A stretch of DNA of 64,000 nt from an uncultured virus (IMG/VR IMGVR_UViG_3300032225_002272) (Duplodnaviria > Heunggongvirae > Uroviricota > Caudoviricetes), in IMG/VR virus record IMGVR_UViG_3300032225_002272. One strand, 5' to 3'. Under the pieces are notes generated by a model. That model searched no databases. It was given only the letters and a program-made list of their open reading frames with translations, and was not told where the DNA came from. This document shows, one piece after another, positions 31,636 through 41,698 of the stretch. Each line of letters begins with the position of its first letter. The first letter of the stretch is position 1. The position numbers were made by a program, and so were the translations under genes.

Positions 31636-32162
31636 TAATTAAGAGTTATATACAATTTATAAAAGAATCATCTGGATATGAATACGGATGTGTAATGATT
31701 GAAGTACCAGTAAGTAACTGGGATGAAATAACTTCATTTATTGATCCAGAAGATGTTTATACTGGTAGAGATGATTCTCACGGTATCCAAGAATTGCCAC
31801 ATGTTACTATATTATATGGTTTGCATAAAGAAGTAACTCCGGAGATGGTTAAATCAGTATTTGAAGAGTTTACTGGGAATATTAATATAGAAGTTAATGG
31901 TATTGGTATCTTTGAAAATAAAGATTATGATGTTGTTAAATTTAATGTTAATCCAGATGGTGCTCTTCAAGAACTACACGATAAACTTTCTGAATTTCCT
32001 AATTCAAATGAATACCCAGATTACAAACCACATATAACACTGTGCTACACTAAAAAAGGAACAGGGAAAAAGTATGTTAAAGATTACAGATATACAGTTA
32101 ATAATGTTAACAAGATATGCTATTCTTTACCAAATGGCAAAAAGTTCTATTTTGAGATATAA
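31632..32162 (+). CDS. 2H phosphoesterase (T4 57B/Acb1-like) with tag
   Basis: GCVM, PHVTILYGLH and PHITLCY (two HxT motifs). Confidence 0.8.
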   Translation: MIIKSYIQFIKESSGYEYGCVMIEVPVSNWDEITSFIDPEDVYTGRDDSHGIQELPHVTILYGLHKEVTPEMVKSVFEEFTGNINIEVNGIGIFENKDYDVVKFNVNPDGALQELHDKLSEFPNSNEYPDYKPHITLCYTKKGTGKKYVKDYRYTVNNVNKICYSLPNGKKFYFEI

Positions 32163-32827
32163 TCAGACTCTCTTATTCTAATAAATTCACAATTAAGAAA
32201 TTTTTCAATTTCTATTTGTCTTTTAATATCTTTTTCGCTTAATCTACCATCAACATAGTGATGATATTCCTCATCCCATTCATAGACAATATTATTCTCT
32301 TTATCATACCCATCTACCCAATAACCAAGTTCTTTAATATGATACTCGCCACCATTTAGAGCATGTTGTATGAATGTATTATTATCAACCATTAAATTGT
32401 TAAAATAATCACAAGATTTTTCATTATAAGGTGGATGAAAGTTTTTATTAGTTTTTGATAATTTCTCAATCATATTCAATCTAAATTTCTTCTTATTATC
32501 TTCAGTACATCTTCTACCTTTGTTGTGTGTTCCACACTTAGATTTTTTACAAGATACACTTCTTTTAATATTAGATTCTATAGATTGTTTTCTTCCCTTT
32601 TTTGAGTCACCTTGTTTTCTTCTTGATTCAGTTGAATGAGCCCCTGACATATTAGCTACAATATCACCACTTTTATATTTATTTTTAAGAGTCTTTGATA
32701 TTTTTGATTTTTTTATTTCAATAGAGCAAGTTTTACAATTAGATTGAAGTCTAATTGATTGAAGTAATGCTTTTCTATCTTTATAAGATATTTCTGTTCC
32801 ACAAATTGGACATTTTTTTGTTTCCAT
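32147..32827 (-). CDS. putative free-standing homing endonuclease (Zn finger, basic repeats, PD-(D/E)xK/Vsr-like C-terminus)
   Basis: CPICG..CKTC; YWVDGYDKENNIVYEWDEEYHH..DIKRQ..FIRI. Confidence 0.7.
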   Translation of the reverse strand: METKKCPICGTEISYKDRKALLQSIRLQSNCKTCSIEIKKSKISKTLKNKYKSGDIVANMSGAHSTESRRKQGDSKKGRKQSIESNIKRSVSCKKSKCGTHNKGRRCTEDNKKKFRLNMIEKLSKTNKNFHPPYNEKSCDYFNNLMVDNNTFIQHALNGGEYHIKELGYWVDGYDKENNIVYEWDEEYHHYVDGRLSEKDIKRQIEIEKFLNCEFIRIRESDYISK

Positions 32828-32903
32828 ATTATATATATTAACTTATAAACCTCACAACACTTATTTTTAAAATAAAAGTTAATTTTTTAATATATACTAA
32901 ATA

Positions 32904-33779
32904 ATGAAACATTTAACTCCATATAAAATATTTGAATCAGTGAAAGATTATGGTATCTATGATTGGTTTGAAGATATAAAGTCTTCTCAATGGGGTCGTA
33001 GTAACAATAAAGTAAGTGAATCATCTCTTAGATTAAATACAGAGCATTTTATTGGTGAAGGTTATTGGCAAAAAATTACTTCTTTAGTTGATAAAATATT
33101 TAATTCACTATCAAAGGTTGATATTGAAACCGTAAATGATAGAATGTATGATGTTTATGATGAGATTCCATCTGCTAAAGATAAGTATTCAGTTTTATGT
33201 ATAGCTTATGGTAATTACGAAAATCATGATAAACCAAATAAGAATAAATACAATGGTTTAATATCTGTTATGAATGTAAATGAAGAATCTAAGTTAAGAA
33301 TAGTTAAACATATATTAATAGATATTATTTCACCAACTTTAAATATTGGTAGTTATCCAAATACAATGTTAAGAAGAAGTGACGAACAGTATTATGTAAC
33401 TGATAAAAAATGGAATTGTGTCAATTTTGATATTGATAATTATGGATTCAAAGATGGTGATGAATTTCCAGGAGATGAAAGAAGAAGAGTTACAATTCAC
33501 AGCTATGAAATTAAAAATAAAAAAGACTATTCAGTTGATAAAATTTTAGATATGTATAAACCAGCTATTAGTATAAACATAGGTGGGTATAATAACTCAC
33601 ATCTAACAGGCAAAATGAATCTTAGAAAATTAGAATCGGATATAGATGAGGCTTTGTTAAGTATTTTACCAGAATTAGATTATGAAGAAGTTGTTTTTGA
33701 TATGTCAAGATTTGACAGAGTGTATGATGATGATACTGATATTAATGATTATTCATTTAAAATTCTATTAAACTTCTAA
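32904..33779 (+). CDS. hypothetical protein with capsid-targeting-like tag
   Basis: MKHLTPYKIFES; TAATATATA at 32888. Confidence 0.75.
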   Translation: MKHLTPYKIFESVKDYGIYDWFEDIKSSQWGRSNNKVSESSLRLNTEHFIGEGYWQKITSLVDKIFNSLSKVDIETVNDRMYDVYDEIPSAKDKYSVLCIAYGNYENHDKPNKNKYNGLISVMNVNEESKLRIVKHILIDIISPTLNIGSYPNTMLRRSDEQYYVTDKKWNCVNFDIDNYGFKDGDEFPGDERRRVTIHSYEIKNKKDYSVDKILDMYKPAISINIGGYNNSHLTGKMNLRKLESDIDEALLSILPELDYEEVVFDMSRFDRVYDDDTDINDYSFKILLNF

Positions 33780-33803
33780 TGAGATAAAAGTAATTAAATC
33801 AAA

Positions 33804-34379
33804 ATGAAAAATATAAAAAACTTTAAATTATTTATTGAATCATTATCTGATGATTTTAAATCAACTATAAAATCATATAATGCTAACCCCGATAAATATA
33901 ATATTGGATATCAAGCTGAGCAATTTGCTAAAGCTTTACCAAAGTCAAATAAACAAGAGTTTATGTATAGAGTCTCTGATGGTGAAGATATTCTAAGTAT
34001 CATTGAAGACATGGTTGATAAGTGTGATTTATCAGATGAGGATCAATTTAAATTTAGAGTTTTAGTTATGGATAACAAGTTAAAGAAACTTAAATCCGAA
34101 TATAATATGCAAGCCTTACAAGTAGCATTTCAAGCTATTATAGGTACTATTGAAATGGGATTTGATGATTCTGTTGAAGATCTTAAAAAGCATATTGAGG
34201 AAGGTGAAAATGTTGAACCAGAACAAATTATTACTATTTTAGAAGATGCTGTAGAATATCTTACAAAAGCTCAGGTTTTGGCAAATTGGGCTTATGAAAG
34301 ACCAATGTGGAATCCAAACGAAGAGAAAATTGAAGTTGGTAATAGATTAATTGATTTCTTAAAAGGTTATTTCATTTAA
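33804..34379 (+). CDS. hypothetical protein with capsid-targeting-like tag
   Basis: MKNIKNFKLFIES. Confidence 0.75.
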   Translation: MKNIKNFKLFIESLSDDFKSTIKSYNANPDKYNIGYQAEQFAKALPKSNKQEFMYRVSDGEDILSIIEDMVDKCDLSDEDQFKFRVLVMDNKLKKLKSEYNMQALQVAFQAIIGTIEMGFDDSVEDLKKHIEEGENVEPEQIITILEDAVEYLTKAQVLANWAYERPMWNPNEEKIEVGNRLIDFLKGYFI

Positions 34380-34380
34380 T

Positions 34381-34433
34381 ATGATGATACCGATGTTAAT
34401 GATTGCTCTCTCAAGATTTTATTGAACTTTTAA
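34381..34433 (+). repeat. diverged duplicate of the 3' end of gene 32904..33779
   Basis: 42/53 nt identical to 33727-33779; DDTDVNDCSLKILLNF* vs DDTDINDYSFKILLNF*. Confidence 0.85.
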
Positions 34434-34597
34434 TAATTTTTTTTCTATAAAAAGTGTGGAATTTTTTCAAATTTCCAATAATATATTAAATATTAACCAC
34501 ACTTCCAAACAATCTTAAAACTTTTTCTAATCTTAGAATATAAATATTAATCAGATACACAAAGTATTTGATATAAACAAAAAAATAAAAAGCAATT

Positions 34598-35566
34598 ATG
34601 GCAGAATTAGATGATTTATTTAATGGCGGTTTAGACAGTAAAATGGACTTCCTTAATGAGGCAAAATCAAACACGAACAATGATGGAATTTATCGTGTAG
34701 ATCTTTCAAAAGTGAAAGACAAAAAAAGAGGATGGAGATCTGTAGTAAGATTACTTCCTAATTTGACCAAAGACGGTAAAGTTGGTCAATCAGCAATTGA
34801 GAAAGTTACTCACTATGTTGATATTAAACAACCTAAAGAATTAAGCGGTTGGTTTGATTCACCAAAGAACTTCAACGAGAAGTGTCCTTTGACTGATTTG
34901 TATTACACAATGCAAAATTCAAAAAATGCGATTTTGATTGAAAAATCAAAACAATTAAAGTACTCTAAGAAATACTATTCTTATGTATTAGTTATCGAAG
35001 ACGAACAACAACCAGAATTAGTTGGTAAGATTTTAATCTTCCAATACGGTAAAACTATCAAAGATAAAATCATGGCTGAAAAGAATGGTGAAATCTCTGG
35101 AGTTGGTTGTAACGTATTTGACTTAGCAGCTGGTAAAGATTTCGTATTAGTTGTTAAAGAAATCCAAACAGGTGATGAAACATACCCTGATTACAAAATG
35201 AGTATGTTCAAACCAGAAACTACTTCTCTTCCGATTTATTTCAAAGAGAAGCAAGCTTTCAAAAATGCTCCTCTTAACGAAGGCAAAATTGAAGCTGGTG
35301 TTCAAAGTAAAATCAAAGATTTCTTATTAGACCGTGAACACGATTTAGAAGAATTTGCTCCTAAGAAATTAACTGATGAGCAACAAGCTAAAATCACTGA
35401 GATTTCAAACTTCTTAACTGGTAAAGCTTCTTCTTCTTTCTCTAACCCTAAACAAGAGGCAAAACCATCATCTGATGATTTTGAATTTGAAGATAACTTC
35501 GCAAAAACAGCGGCTACTACTGCTAGTGCTTCTGAAGATGAAGATGACTTCTTCAATGACCTATAA
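34598..35566 (+). CDS. single-stranded DNA-binding protein (T4 gp32-like)
   Basis: VVRLLP, KCPL, YYSYVLVIED..P..VGKI..FQYGK..DKI, GKDF, acidic DDFFNDL tail. Confidence 0.85.
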   Translation: MAELDDLFNGGLDSKMDFLNEAKSNTNNDGIYRVDLSKVKDKKRGWRSVVRLLPNLTKDGKVGQSAIEKVTHYVDIKQPKELSGWFDSPKNFNEKCPLTDLYYTMQNSKNAILIEKSKQLKYSKKYYSYVLVIEDEQQPELVGKILIFQYGKTIKDKIMAEKNGEISGVGCNVFDLAAGKDFVLVVKEIQTGDETYPDYKMSMFKPETTSLPIYFKEKQAFKNAPLNEGKIEAGVQSKIKDFLLDREHDLEEFAPKKLTDEQQAKITEISNFLTGKASSSFSNPKQEAKPSSDDFEFEDNFAKTAATTASASEDEDDFFNDL

Positions 35567-35577
35567 GAAAATTAATT

Positions 35578-35614
35578 AAGAATAGGGATTATCATTTGAT
35601 AGTCCCTTATTCTT
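35578..35614 (+). terminator. hairpin after the SSB gene
   Basis: AAGAATAGGGATTATCA/TGATAGTCCCTTATTCTT. Confidence 0.55.
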
Positions 35615-35638
35615 AGTTTAAAAACTAAAAAATTAAAT

Positions 35639-36571
35639 ATGAGTCTTAGTAATAAAACATACAAGAATAACAGAACTGGTGAAACAATAAAAGTTATTGA
35701 TTCATTTGAAGATATTGCTGTTCTTGAAAATAAAGGAAAGGAAAAAGTTTCTAATCTTCTAAATCCAGATTTATATACTGAACAAATTGACGTTTCTAAT
35801 TTTTTTAATAATCAAGGTGCTTATAACAACTTAGCTGAAAAAATTAAAAATATTCCTGCAGATAAAATTAGAGATGATATAGATGGTGAAGAAGTAATGG
35901 TCAATATTGATGGTAATAATAGTTTTGCTAGACCAGCAATGAATGAAAGTGCTATAGTAATGACAACTGAAGAAGATGAAAGAGCTGAATTAGCAAGAAA
36001 ATATGGAGTAACAACTCCACAAAATGATGTTGCTAAACAAAATGAAGCATTTAATAAATTATTAAATCCAGAATCTGAAGAAGTTCAAAAAGTTGAAATG
36101 AGTAGAAATCCTCAACCAATTCAACAACCAGTATCTCAACCGGTTTATCAAGCTCCTGTAGAAGATCCAATAATCACAATGTTTAAGAATGTTAAAAGAT
36201 CTAAAGACTTTTCAATATCTATTGAGATTAAGAATAAAATTCCTCGTCCTGATTTCATTGAGATGATGGAAGATTCTTATAATACAAGTATCATTGATTT
36301 CTTAGCAGCAGAGTTCACTGATAATCTTTTAAGAAATCCTCAAGTGATTGAAGATATGATTAAGCAAAAGATTAAAGAAGTTGTTTACGGTGCTGAATTG
36401 GTTAAAGATGTTAATCCACAAATCACTGATTCAGTTACTCAGATACATAATGAGAAAGTTGAAAAAAAAGAACCTCTTGATTGGGAGAAAGAACCTGTTT
36501 TAACAAAAGACCTTCCTAAAAAGCCAACTACTACTAGAAAACCTAGAGCTAAAAAAGAAGTTTCTAAATAA
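35639..36571 (+). CDS. hypothetical protein
   Basis: 310-aa ORF. Confidence 0.75.
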   Translation: MSLSNKTYKNNRTGETIKVIDSFEDIAVLENKGKEKVSNLLNPDLYTEQIDVSNFFNNQGAYNNLAEKIKNIPADKIRDDIDGEEVMVNIDGNNSFARPAMNESAIVMTTEEDERAELARKYGVTTPQNDVAKQNEAFNKLLNPESEEVQKVEMSRNPQPIQQPVSQPVYQAPVEDPIITMFKNVKRSKDFSISIEIKNKIPRPDFIEMMEDSYNTSIIDFLAAEFTDNLLRNPQVIEDMIKQKIKEVVYGAELVKDVNPQITDSVTQIHNEKVEKKEPLDWEKEPVLTKDLPKKPTTTRKPRAKKEVSK

Positions 36572-36984
36572 TGATTGATGAAAAATACTTACAGATGGCG
36601 ATTTCTATTAGAAGAACCTATCTAAAGTTAATAAACAACTTAGATCTTTATCGATCAAGAGCTTTACAAATAGCCGATAGATTAGAAGATACTGTAAAGA
36701 AATTAGATGTCTTTAATAAAGAAGTTGAAGAAAGTTCAAAATCTAAAAATAATCAAATTAGTCAAGTAGAAGTATTTGAAAGATTACTTAAAATGATTGA
36801 TGAGGTTGAAGACGAAGGTAAAAGATTGGAGAATCTTATAGATCCAATTAATATTGAAATAGAAAAATTAGCAAAAGAAGAAATGGAATTATATCGACAA
36901 ATAGTCGATGGACATCCAAAACTAACTGAAGACCAAATAGTCGAGATAGTTAAAGATAGATTAATAAAAGAGGGCCTTTCTTAA
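36571..36984 (+). CDS. hypothetical coiled-coil protein
   Basis: Coupled ORF, heptad-rich. Confidence 0.7.
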   Translation: MIDEKYLQMAISIRRTYLKLINNLDLYRSRALQIADRLEDTVKKLDVFNKEVEESSKSKNNQISQVEVFERLLKMIDEVEDEGKRLENLIDPINIEIEKLAKEEMELYRQIVDGHPKLTEDQIVEIVKDRLIKEGLS

Positions 36985-37034
36985 TAAGAAAGGTTTTCTT
37001 TTTTAATATATAAACCAAAAGATAATCTATCTAA

Positions 37035-38897
37035 ATGGCTAAAATTTCTAAATTTGTAAAACTTGACAAAGATGTTTTACTTGAATATATTTATGACGAC
37101 GGTAACTTATTAAGTGAGTCTTATGATGTATTAGTAGATTCCAGAGACAGAAGTCAATCTTTTATATCAGGTAGTTCATCTGTTACTGGAAACACAATGG
37201 GTAACCAATTATTTAAAATTGATTCAGTAACTCAAAAATATGCAAAAGTAAACACTTCATATTATTCATTTTTACAATTAAAAGAATATGCTGCTGGTAC
37301 TCCAACCAGATTTGATACAATTAAAATTCACGTTCCAATAAATTGGACATTTGGTGAACATTTGGGATTTTATGTTAAAGTTTATGGATTTGATATTTCA
37401 AATCAAAGAACATTCGATGTGTCAAATTTTTATTTTGATATGACAGATGTTAGTCAACAATACTTATTAAACTTTACAAGTCCACCACTTCTATTTCAAG
37501 AGAAATTATGGGGTAAGAATATAACTATTCAAGTTCCAGCTTTAAGTGATATTGCTTCTCAAAAAACAAATAATCTTCCAAAAGAAAATAGTATAAACTC
37601 AAATCTTACTAATGGATCTGGTATAAACTCAACATCACCAGTTTTTATAGATTTTCATTTTATAAGTAATATACAAACTTTAAATGGCGTAACAAGTTAT
37701 CTCTTAACTTCTAAAGTAACAACAACTGTTCCTCAAACTCCAGAGTTTGAAAGATTAGGCTTAGTTGTTTCACACTCTATTAATGGCGACTTCTTTGAGA
37801 TATATGGTACATATAATGATACTATAGCTGGCTTTAATCAGTTTATAGATGAGTCTTATAATATTGGACATAGATACTATGTTCAGTATAATATCACAAT
37901 GTATGAACAAAATATTAGAGGCAAAACCACAACAGTTACCGTTCATGATAATTTTAATGAAACTATTGAATATAGACCTATTATTAAGTACTCAACTACA
38001 ACAGCTATTATAGATGTTGAAATGAGATTAATAGACGCTGTAGACGACTCTTATATCATCAGAAGAGCTTCTTATGGTATGTTACAAGATGAAGTATCTA
38101 AATACTCTCTAAACTTAACTAAAATTAATTTAGCGAATGCTCATAAACCTAAGATTTATAATATTAAATCTAATATTGATCCATCATTAGTTGGCTTATC
38201 TAACTCAATGGGTAGAATAACTTTACAGAATTCGGCTAAAGGTAAAACTGGTAGAGTTACTCAAACTTCAAATAAACCAATTATTCAAATTGAAACTGTT
38301 AAAGTTCCATTCCCTGTTTTAATTGATAGATCAAACATTGTCGGTAAGTCAGATAATGCTTTATTTAATAATACAACATTTTATGGTAATGGTAAAATTA
38401 CTATTGTACTTTATCCTTTTGATAATATAGTTACATTCTATTTAGCAAATGGTGATATTAATAAACCAAATTATTTAAATTTAAATACCTATGGTGATAT
38501 AAAATTAGTATTCAAAACAGATTCTAAATATTTTGAATTTCCTCTTTATACAGAGTCTGGTTCAATTGATTTATCAATTGGTCAAGTAGCATTCAAAGTA
38601 AATCAAAATAAATATCCAGATCTTAAAAAGATTTATGAATCCGGTGTTAATTTATTTTATATAACAAGTTATGTTCAAAATATTACATCCGTTATTTATA
38701 CTGGATTGTATAAAGTTCATGATAATATGGCTAATGTTGCTGGATTGAATCAAGCGGCAAATGCTAATCCAACGATTATTAAAGACCCTAATTTACCTAA
38801 AGAAACAGCTGTTGTGACAAGAACTGCTATTAAAGCTGAGTCGTATCCAGTATCTAAACCAGGAGCTGGTAAATCATCCGGTTATACAGCAGGATAA
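37035..38897 (+). CDS. probable virion structural protein
   Basis: 620 aa, beta-rich with N/T/S bias; late motif at 37004; next to the tail-tube-like gene. Confidence 0.55.
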   Translation: MAKISKFVKLDKDVLLEYIYDDGNLLSESYDVLVDSRDRSQSFISGSSSVTGNTMGNQLFKIDSVTQKYAKVNTSYYSFLQLKEYAAGTPTRFDTIKIHVPINWTFGEHLGFYVKVYGFDISNQRTFDVSNFYFDMTDVSQQYLLNFTSPPLLFQEKLWGKNITIQVPALSDIASQKTNNLPKENSINSNLTNGSGINSTSPVFIDFHFISNIQTLNGVTSYLLTSKVTTTVPQTPEFERLGLVVSHSINGDFFEIYGTYNDTIAGFNQFIDESYNIGHRYYVQYNITMYEQNIRGKTTTVTVHDNFNETIEYRPIIKYSTTTAIIDVEMRLIDAVDDSYIIRRASYGMLQDEVSKYSLNLTKINLANAHKPKIYNIKSNIDPSLVGLSNSMGRITLQNSAKGKTGRVTQTSNKPIIQIETVKVPFPVLIDRSNIVGKSDNALFNNTTFYGNGKITIVLYPFDNIVTFYLANGDINKPNYLNLNTYGDIKLVFKTDSKYFEFPLYTESGSIDLSIGQVAFKVNQNKYPDLKKIYESGVNLFYITSYVQNITSVIYTGLYKVHDNMANVAGLNQAANANPTIIKDPNLPKETAVVTRTAIKAESYPVSKPGAGKSSGYTAG

Positions 38898-38913
38898 AAA
38901 ATAATAATAGAAA

Positions 38914-39513
38914 ATGAGATTAAGTAGTCAAGGTAGTCAGTTTATATTTAACTTACCAAGTGATTTTTTACAACAAGAGACCATTAACACTTATACTCCA
39001 GTTTTAGAAAAAAACTGGGTTCAGTATGAGAATGTAATTGACTATATTAACTCAACTATTAAAGCTGTTAACTTTCCGGGTATTGGATTTGAAATGCCTA
39101 AACAAACCAATATGAGAGGTAAGGAAAGACAGTTTAAGCCTGCAAAAAATGTTCAAGATATCACAACAACTCACGATTTAACAGTAACATTTAGATCGGT
39201 TGACTCTGATTTAAATTATTGGTTAATGTTTGATATTTTAACCAAACACTATTTAGATGTTGACAATGCTTGGGTAAATCCATTTACAATTACTTGTGTT
39301 GATATACACAGAGATGCTATTTATGTAATTAGATTCTATGAGATTATTCTTAAAGGTCTTTCTGAAAACACATTTAACTATTCACAACAAAAAGTTAATG
39401 CTAAAGAATTTACAATGAACTTTCATTTTAACTTTTATGATATTGAATTCTTATTAAATAAATCTAAAGTTCTTGAATTAGGAACTTTACCAACTATTAT
39501 TCAACGTCTTTAA
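38914..39513 (+). CDS. tail-tube-like protein (T4 gp19/gp54 superfamily)
   Basis: IKAVNFPG..LTVTFRSVD..NYWLM..EFTMNFHFN pattern. Confidence 0.55.
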   Translation: MRLSSQGSQFIFNLPSDFLQQETINTYTPVLEKNWVQYENVIDYINSTIKAVNFPGIGFEMPKQTNMRGKERQFKPAKNVQDITTTHDLTVTFRSVDSDLNYWLMFDILTKHYLDVDNAWVNPFTITCVDIHRDAIYVIRFYEIILKGLSENTFNYSQQKVNAKEFTMNFHFNFYDIEFLLNKSKVLELGTLPTIIQRL

Positions 39514-39721
39514 ATATCTTATTAATAGAATCCATTCTTCTGATGTTTCTAGAATAAATACCCATACTTTTTAGAATCTGTTTATCAATATTTTTGGCTA
39601 TTTCAGCCGATAACATAGATGATAATTGATCAGCTATATCAATACCATAGTGCTCACTTAATTTATCTGCTTCTGGATTTGAATAGATTTCACCACCTGC
39701 TCCTGTTTTAATTTGATTCAT
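39497..39721 (-). CDS. small protein resembling a major-capsid segment
   Basis: GIDIADQLSSMLSAEIAKNIDKQIL. Confidence 0.55.
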   Translation of the reverse strand: MNQIKTGAGGEIYSNPEADKLSEHYGIDIADQLSSMLSAEIAKNIDKQILKSMGIYSRNIRRMDSINKIFKDVE

Positions 39722-40305
39722 TAGTCAGATATTTTTTGAATTAAGACTTGATATTTTTTTTCTAAGATTGAATATTTACCATCATATTCTTCTAGAAATT
39801 TATCTATACCAACACCAGTATCTTCCCAGTTATAATCATCAAAAAGAATATAACCTTCTTTCTTACAAAGTTTAAATGAATTTATGGCATCTATATAAAC
39901 ACCTTCAGGTCGGTGGTCACCATCAATATAAATAAAATCAAATTTTCCTTTATACTTCTTAATAAGATCTTTGAATACATTAATACTTAAATCTCTTATA
40001 AGTTCTATTTTACCAGATTCTAAATGATCTTCAACATTATTCACAAACCTATTATATTGACCATCAAAAAAATCATAACTAGTATTCATTTCTTTGTCTT
40101 TGTCAGTTAGGTTATCATTTAAATAATTATCTGTTAATGGATCAATACATATCAATTTACCCTCATCCGTTAATATATTATCAACAATATAGTTTGATGT
40201 TAAGCCTTCATAAGATCCAATTTCTAAACAAAAATTAAAACTCTTTTTAAAATTAATTGTGTTGTCAATAAATTGTTTATTCCAACTATGTGTGTAGTTT
40301 TTCAT
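39721..40305 (-). CDS. class I SAM-dependent methyltransferase (Methyltransf_24-like)
   Basis: LEIGSYEG, FDFIYIDGDH, ILFDDY. Confidence 0.88.
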   Translation of the reverse strand: MKNYTHSWNKQFIDNTINFKKSFNFCLEIGSYEGLTSNYIVDNILTDEGKLICIDPLTDNYLNDNLTDKDKEMNTSYDFFDGQYNRFVNNVEDHLESGKIELIRDLSINVFKDLIKKYKGKFDFIYIDGDHRPEGVYIDAINSFKLCKKEGYILFDDYNWEDTGVGIDKFLEEYDGKYSILEKKYQVLIQKISD

Positions 40306-40311
40306 TCTTGA

Positions 40312-40974
40312 TTAATTTTTTTCACAAACAAAAAGACCAAATCCATTCCAGTATTCTGATCTACCTGTTACTTCTTGATATGTTATTATTTCAACATTAT
40401 GATGTATGGTTAAACCAGCTTCTTCTATACCATCATAAGTTCCTTTTCTAACATTAGCCCAAGCAGGTGTATCACTTCTGAAGTCATCAACTATTATTAT
40501 AACATACTTTGAAAATAAGTGTTTATAGTAAGTGATTGCTTTTCTTTGAGATTCATAATCGTGCGCACCATCAAATAGATAAATATCTATACTATCATAT
40601 ATTGATTTTATCTCATCATCAGTGACCTTAAAGCAATCTTTTTCAATAAAGTTGTATTTTACTTCTGGACAAAATCTATTTACATTAGATATGAACTCAT
40701 CAAACGGTCCATTAAACTCACTCCAATTATCAATTACAATTGAATTTACATTATTACCGTAGCTGGCTGATATAAAGCTAGAACCTTTCCAAGTTCCTAT
40801 CTCTAAATAGTTAGCACCATCTAAGCTACATATATTGTTATATAAATGTCTAGTTTTATTACCAGACATACCATCCATATCTAAAATATCATTTGTTAAT
40901 TTAGATATGTTATTATTTGCATTATCAACAGATTGATTAACGTGATTGATTAATTGTTCTAAGTTAAATTTCAT
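40312..40974 (-). CDS. class I SAM-dependent methyltransferase
   Basis: YLEIGTWKGSS, YLFDGAHD, IIVDD. Confidence 0.85.
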   Translation of the reverse strand: MKFNLEQLINHVNQSVDNANNNISKLTNDILDMDGMSGNKTRHLYNNICSLDGANYLEIGTWKGSSFISASYGNNVNSIVIDNWSEFNGPFDEFISNVNRFCPEVKYNFIEKDCFKVTDDEIKSIYDSIDIYLFDGAHDYESQRKAITYYKHLFSKYVIIIVDDFRSDTPAWANVRKGTYDGIEEAGLTIHHNVEIITYQEVTGRSEYWNGFGLFVCEKN

Positions 40975-40990
40975 TTTATTTTATATTTTT

Positions 40991-41698
40991 TTAATTTTCA
41001 TATTTAAAGTCAGCGTTGCCCATACCAGCTGAGAAGTGTAACAAGACGCCGTCAAAATCTGTTATGAAATTTCCATTATTTGATATATATTTATCAAATA
41101 ATGTATTATATAAATTATTTCTATATAGATATGTATTTATATATGGTTGTTCTAAACATTTATAAACTTTAAAGTTTTGGTTAAGGAAATTGTCTATATT
41201 CTCTATTACACTTATCATTGAAATTTTAAATGCAAAAAAACCACCATTTAAACCCTTAATCTTGTGATTATTAATAAAATCAACCTCATCTCTTGTCATT
41301 AAATCTCCACTCCAAAAATCATGTGACATTAGTGAATCCTGATGATGCTCACTAACCATATAAATTTTATCATCTTGGATATCATCAAATAAAATATCTG
41401 GTGATTTAAACCACATAGTATCTATATCACAAAAAATAATTTTATCATACATATTTATATTATCATACTTATATATTTTTAACTTATTAGCTGATGATGA
41501 TAATATGTTATTGGCTCCAAAATTTAAAAAATATACATTATTTTTAAATTCTACACTCTCTCTTATCTCATTTTCAAGGTCTGTAATAAATAAGATATCA
41601 CCATCATAGTCAAACTTATTTAGACTGTCAATACATAGACTTAATAATTTTAAGTACCCTATGTCATTACTAATAGTAAAGTATATTAGTTTTTTCAT
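40991..41698 (-). CDS. glycosyltransferase (GT8-like)
   Basis: KIIFCDID, NGGFF, EQPYIN, LLHF. Confidence 0.75.
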   Translation of the reverse strand: MKKLIYFTISNDIGYLKLLSLCIDSLNKFDYDGDILFITDLENEIRESVEFKNNVYFLNFGANNILSSSANKLKIYKYDNINMYDKIIFCDIDTMWFKSPDILFDDIQDDKIYMVSEHHQDSLMSHDFWSGDLMTRDEVDFINNHKIKGLNGGFFAFKISMISVIENIDNFLNQNFKVYKCLEQPYINTYLYRNNLYNTLFDKYISNNGNFITDFDGVLLHFSAGMGNADFKYEN

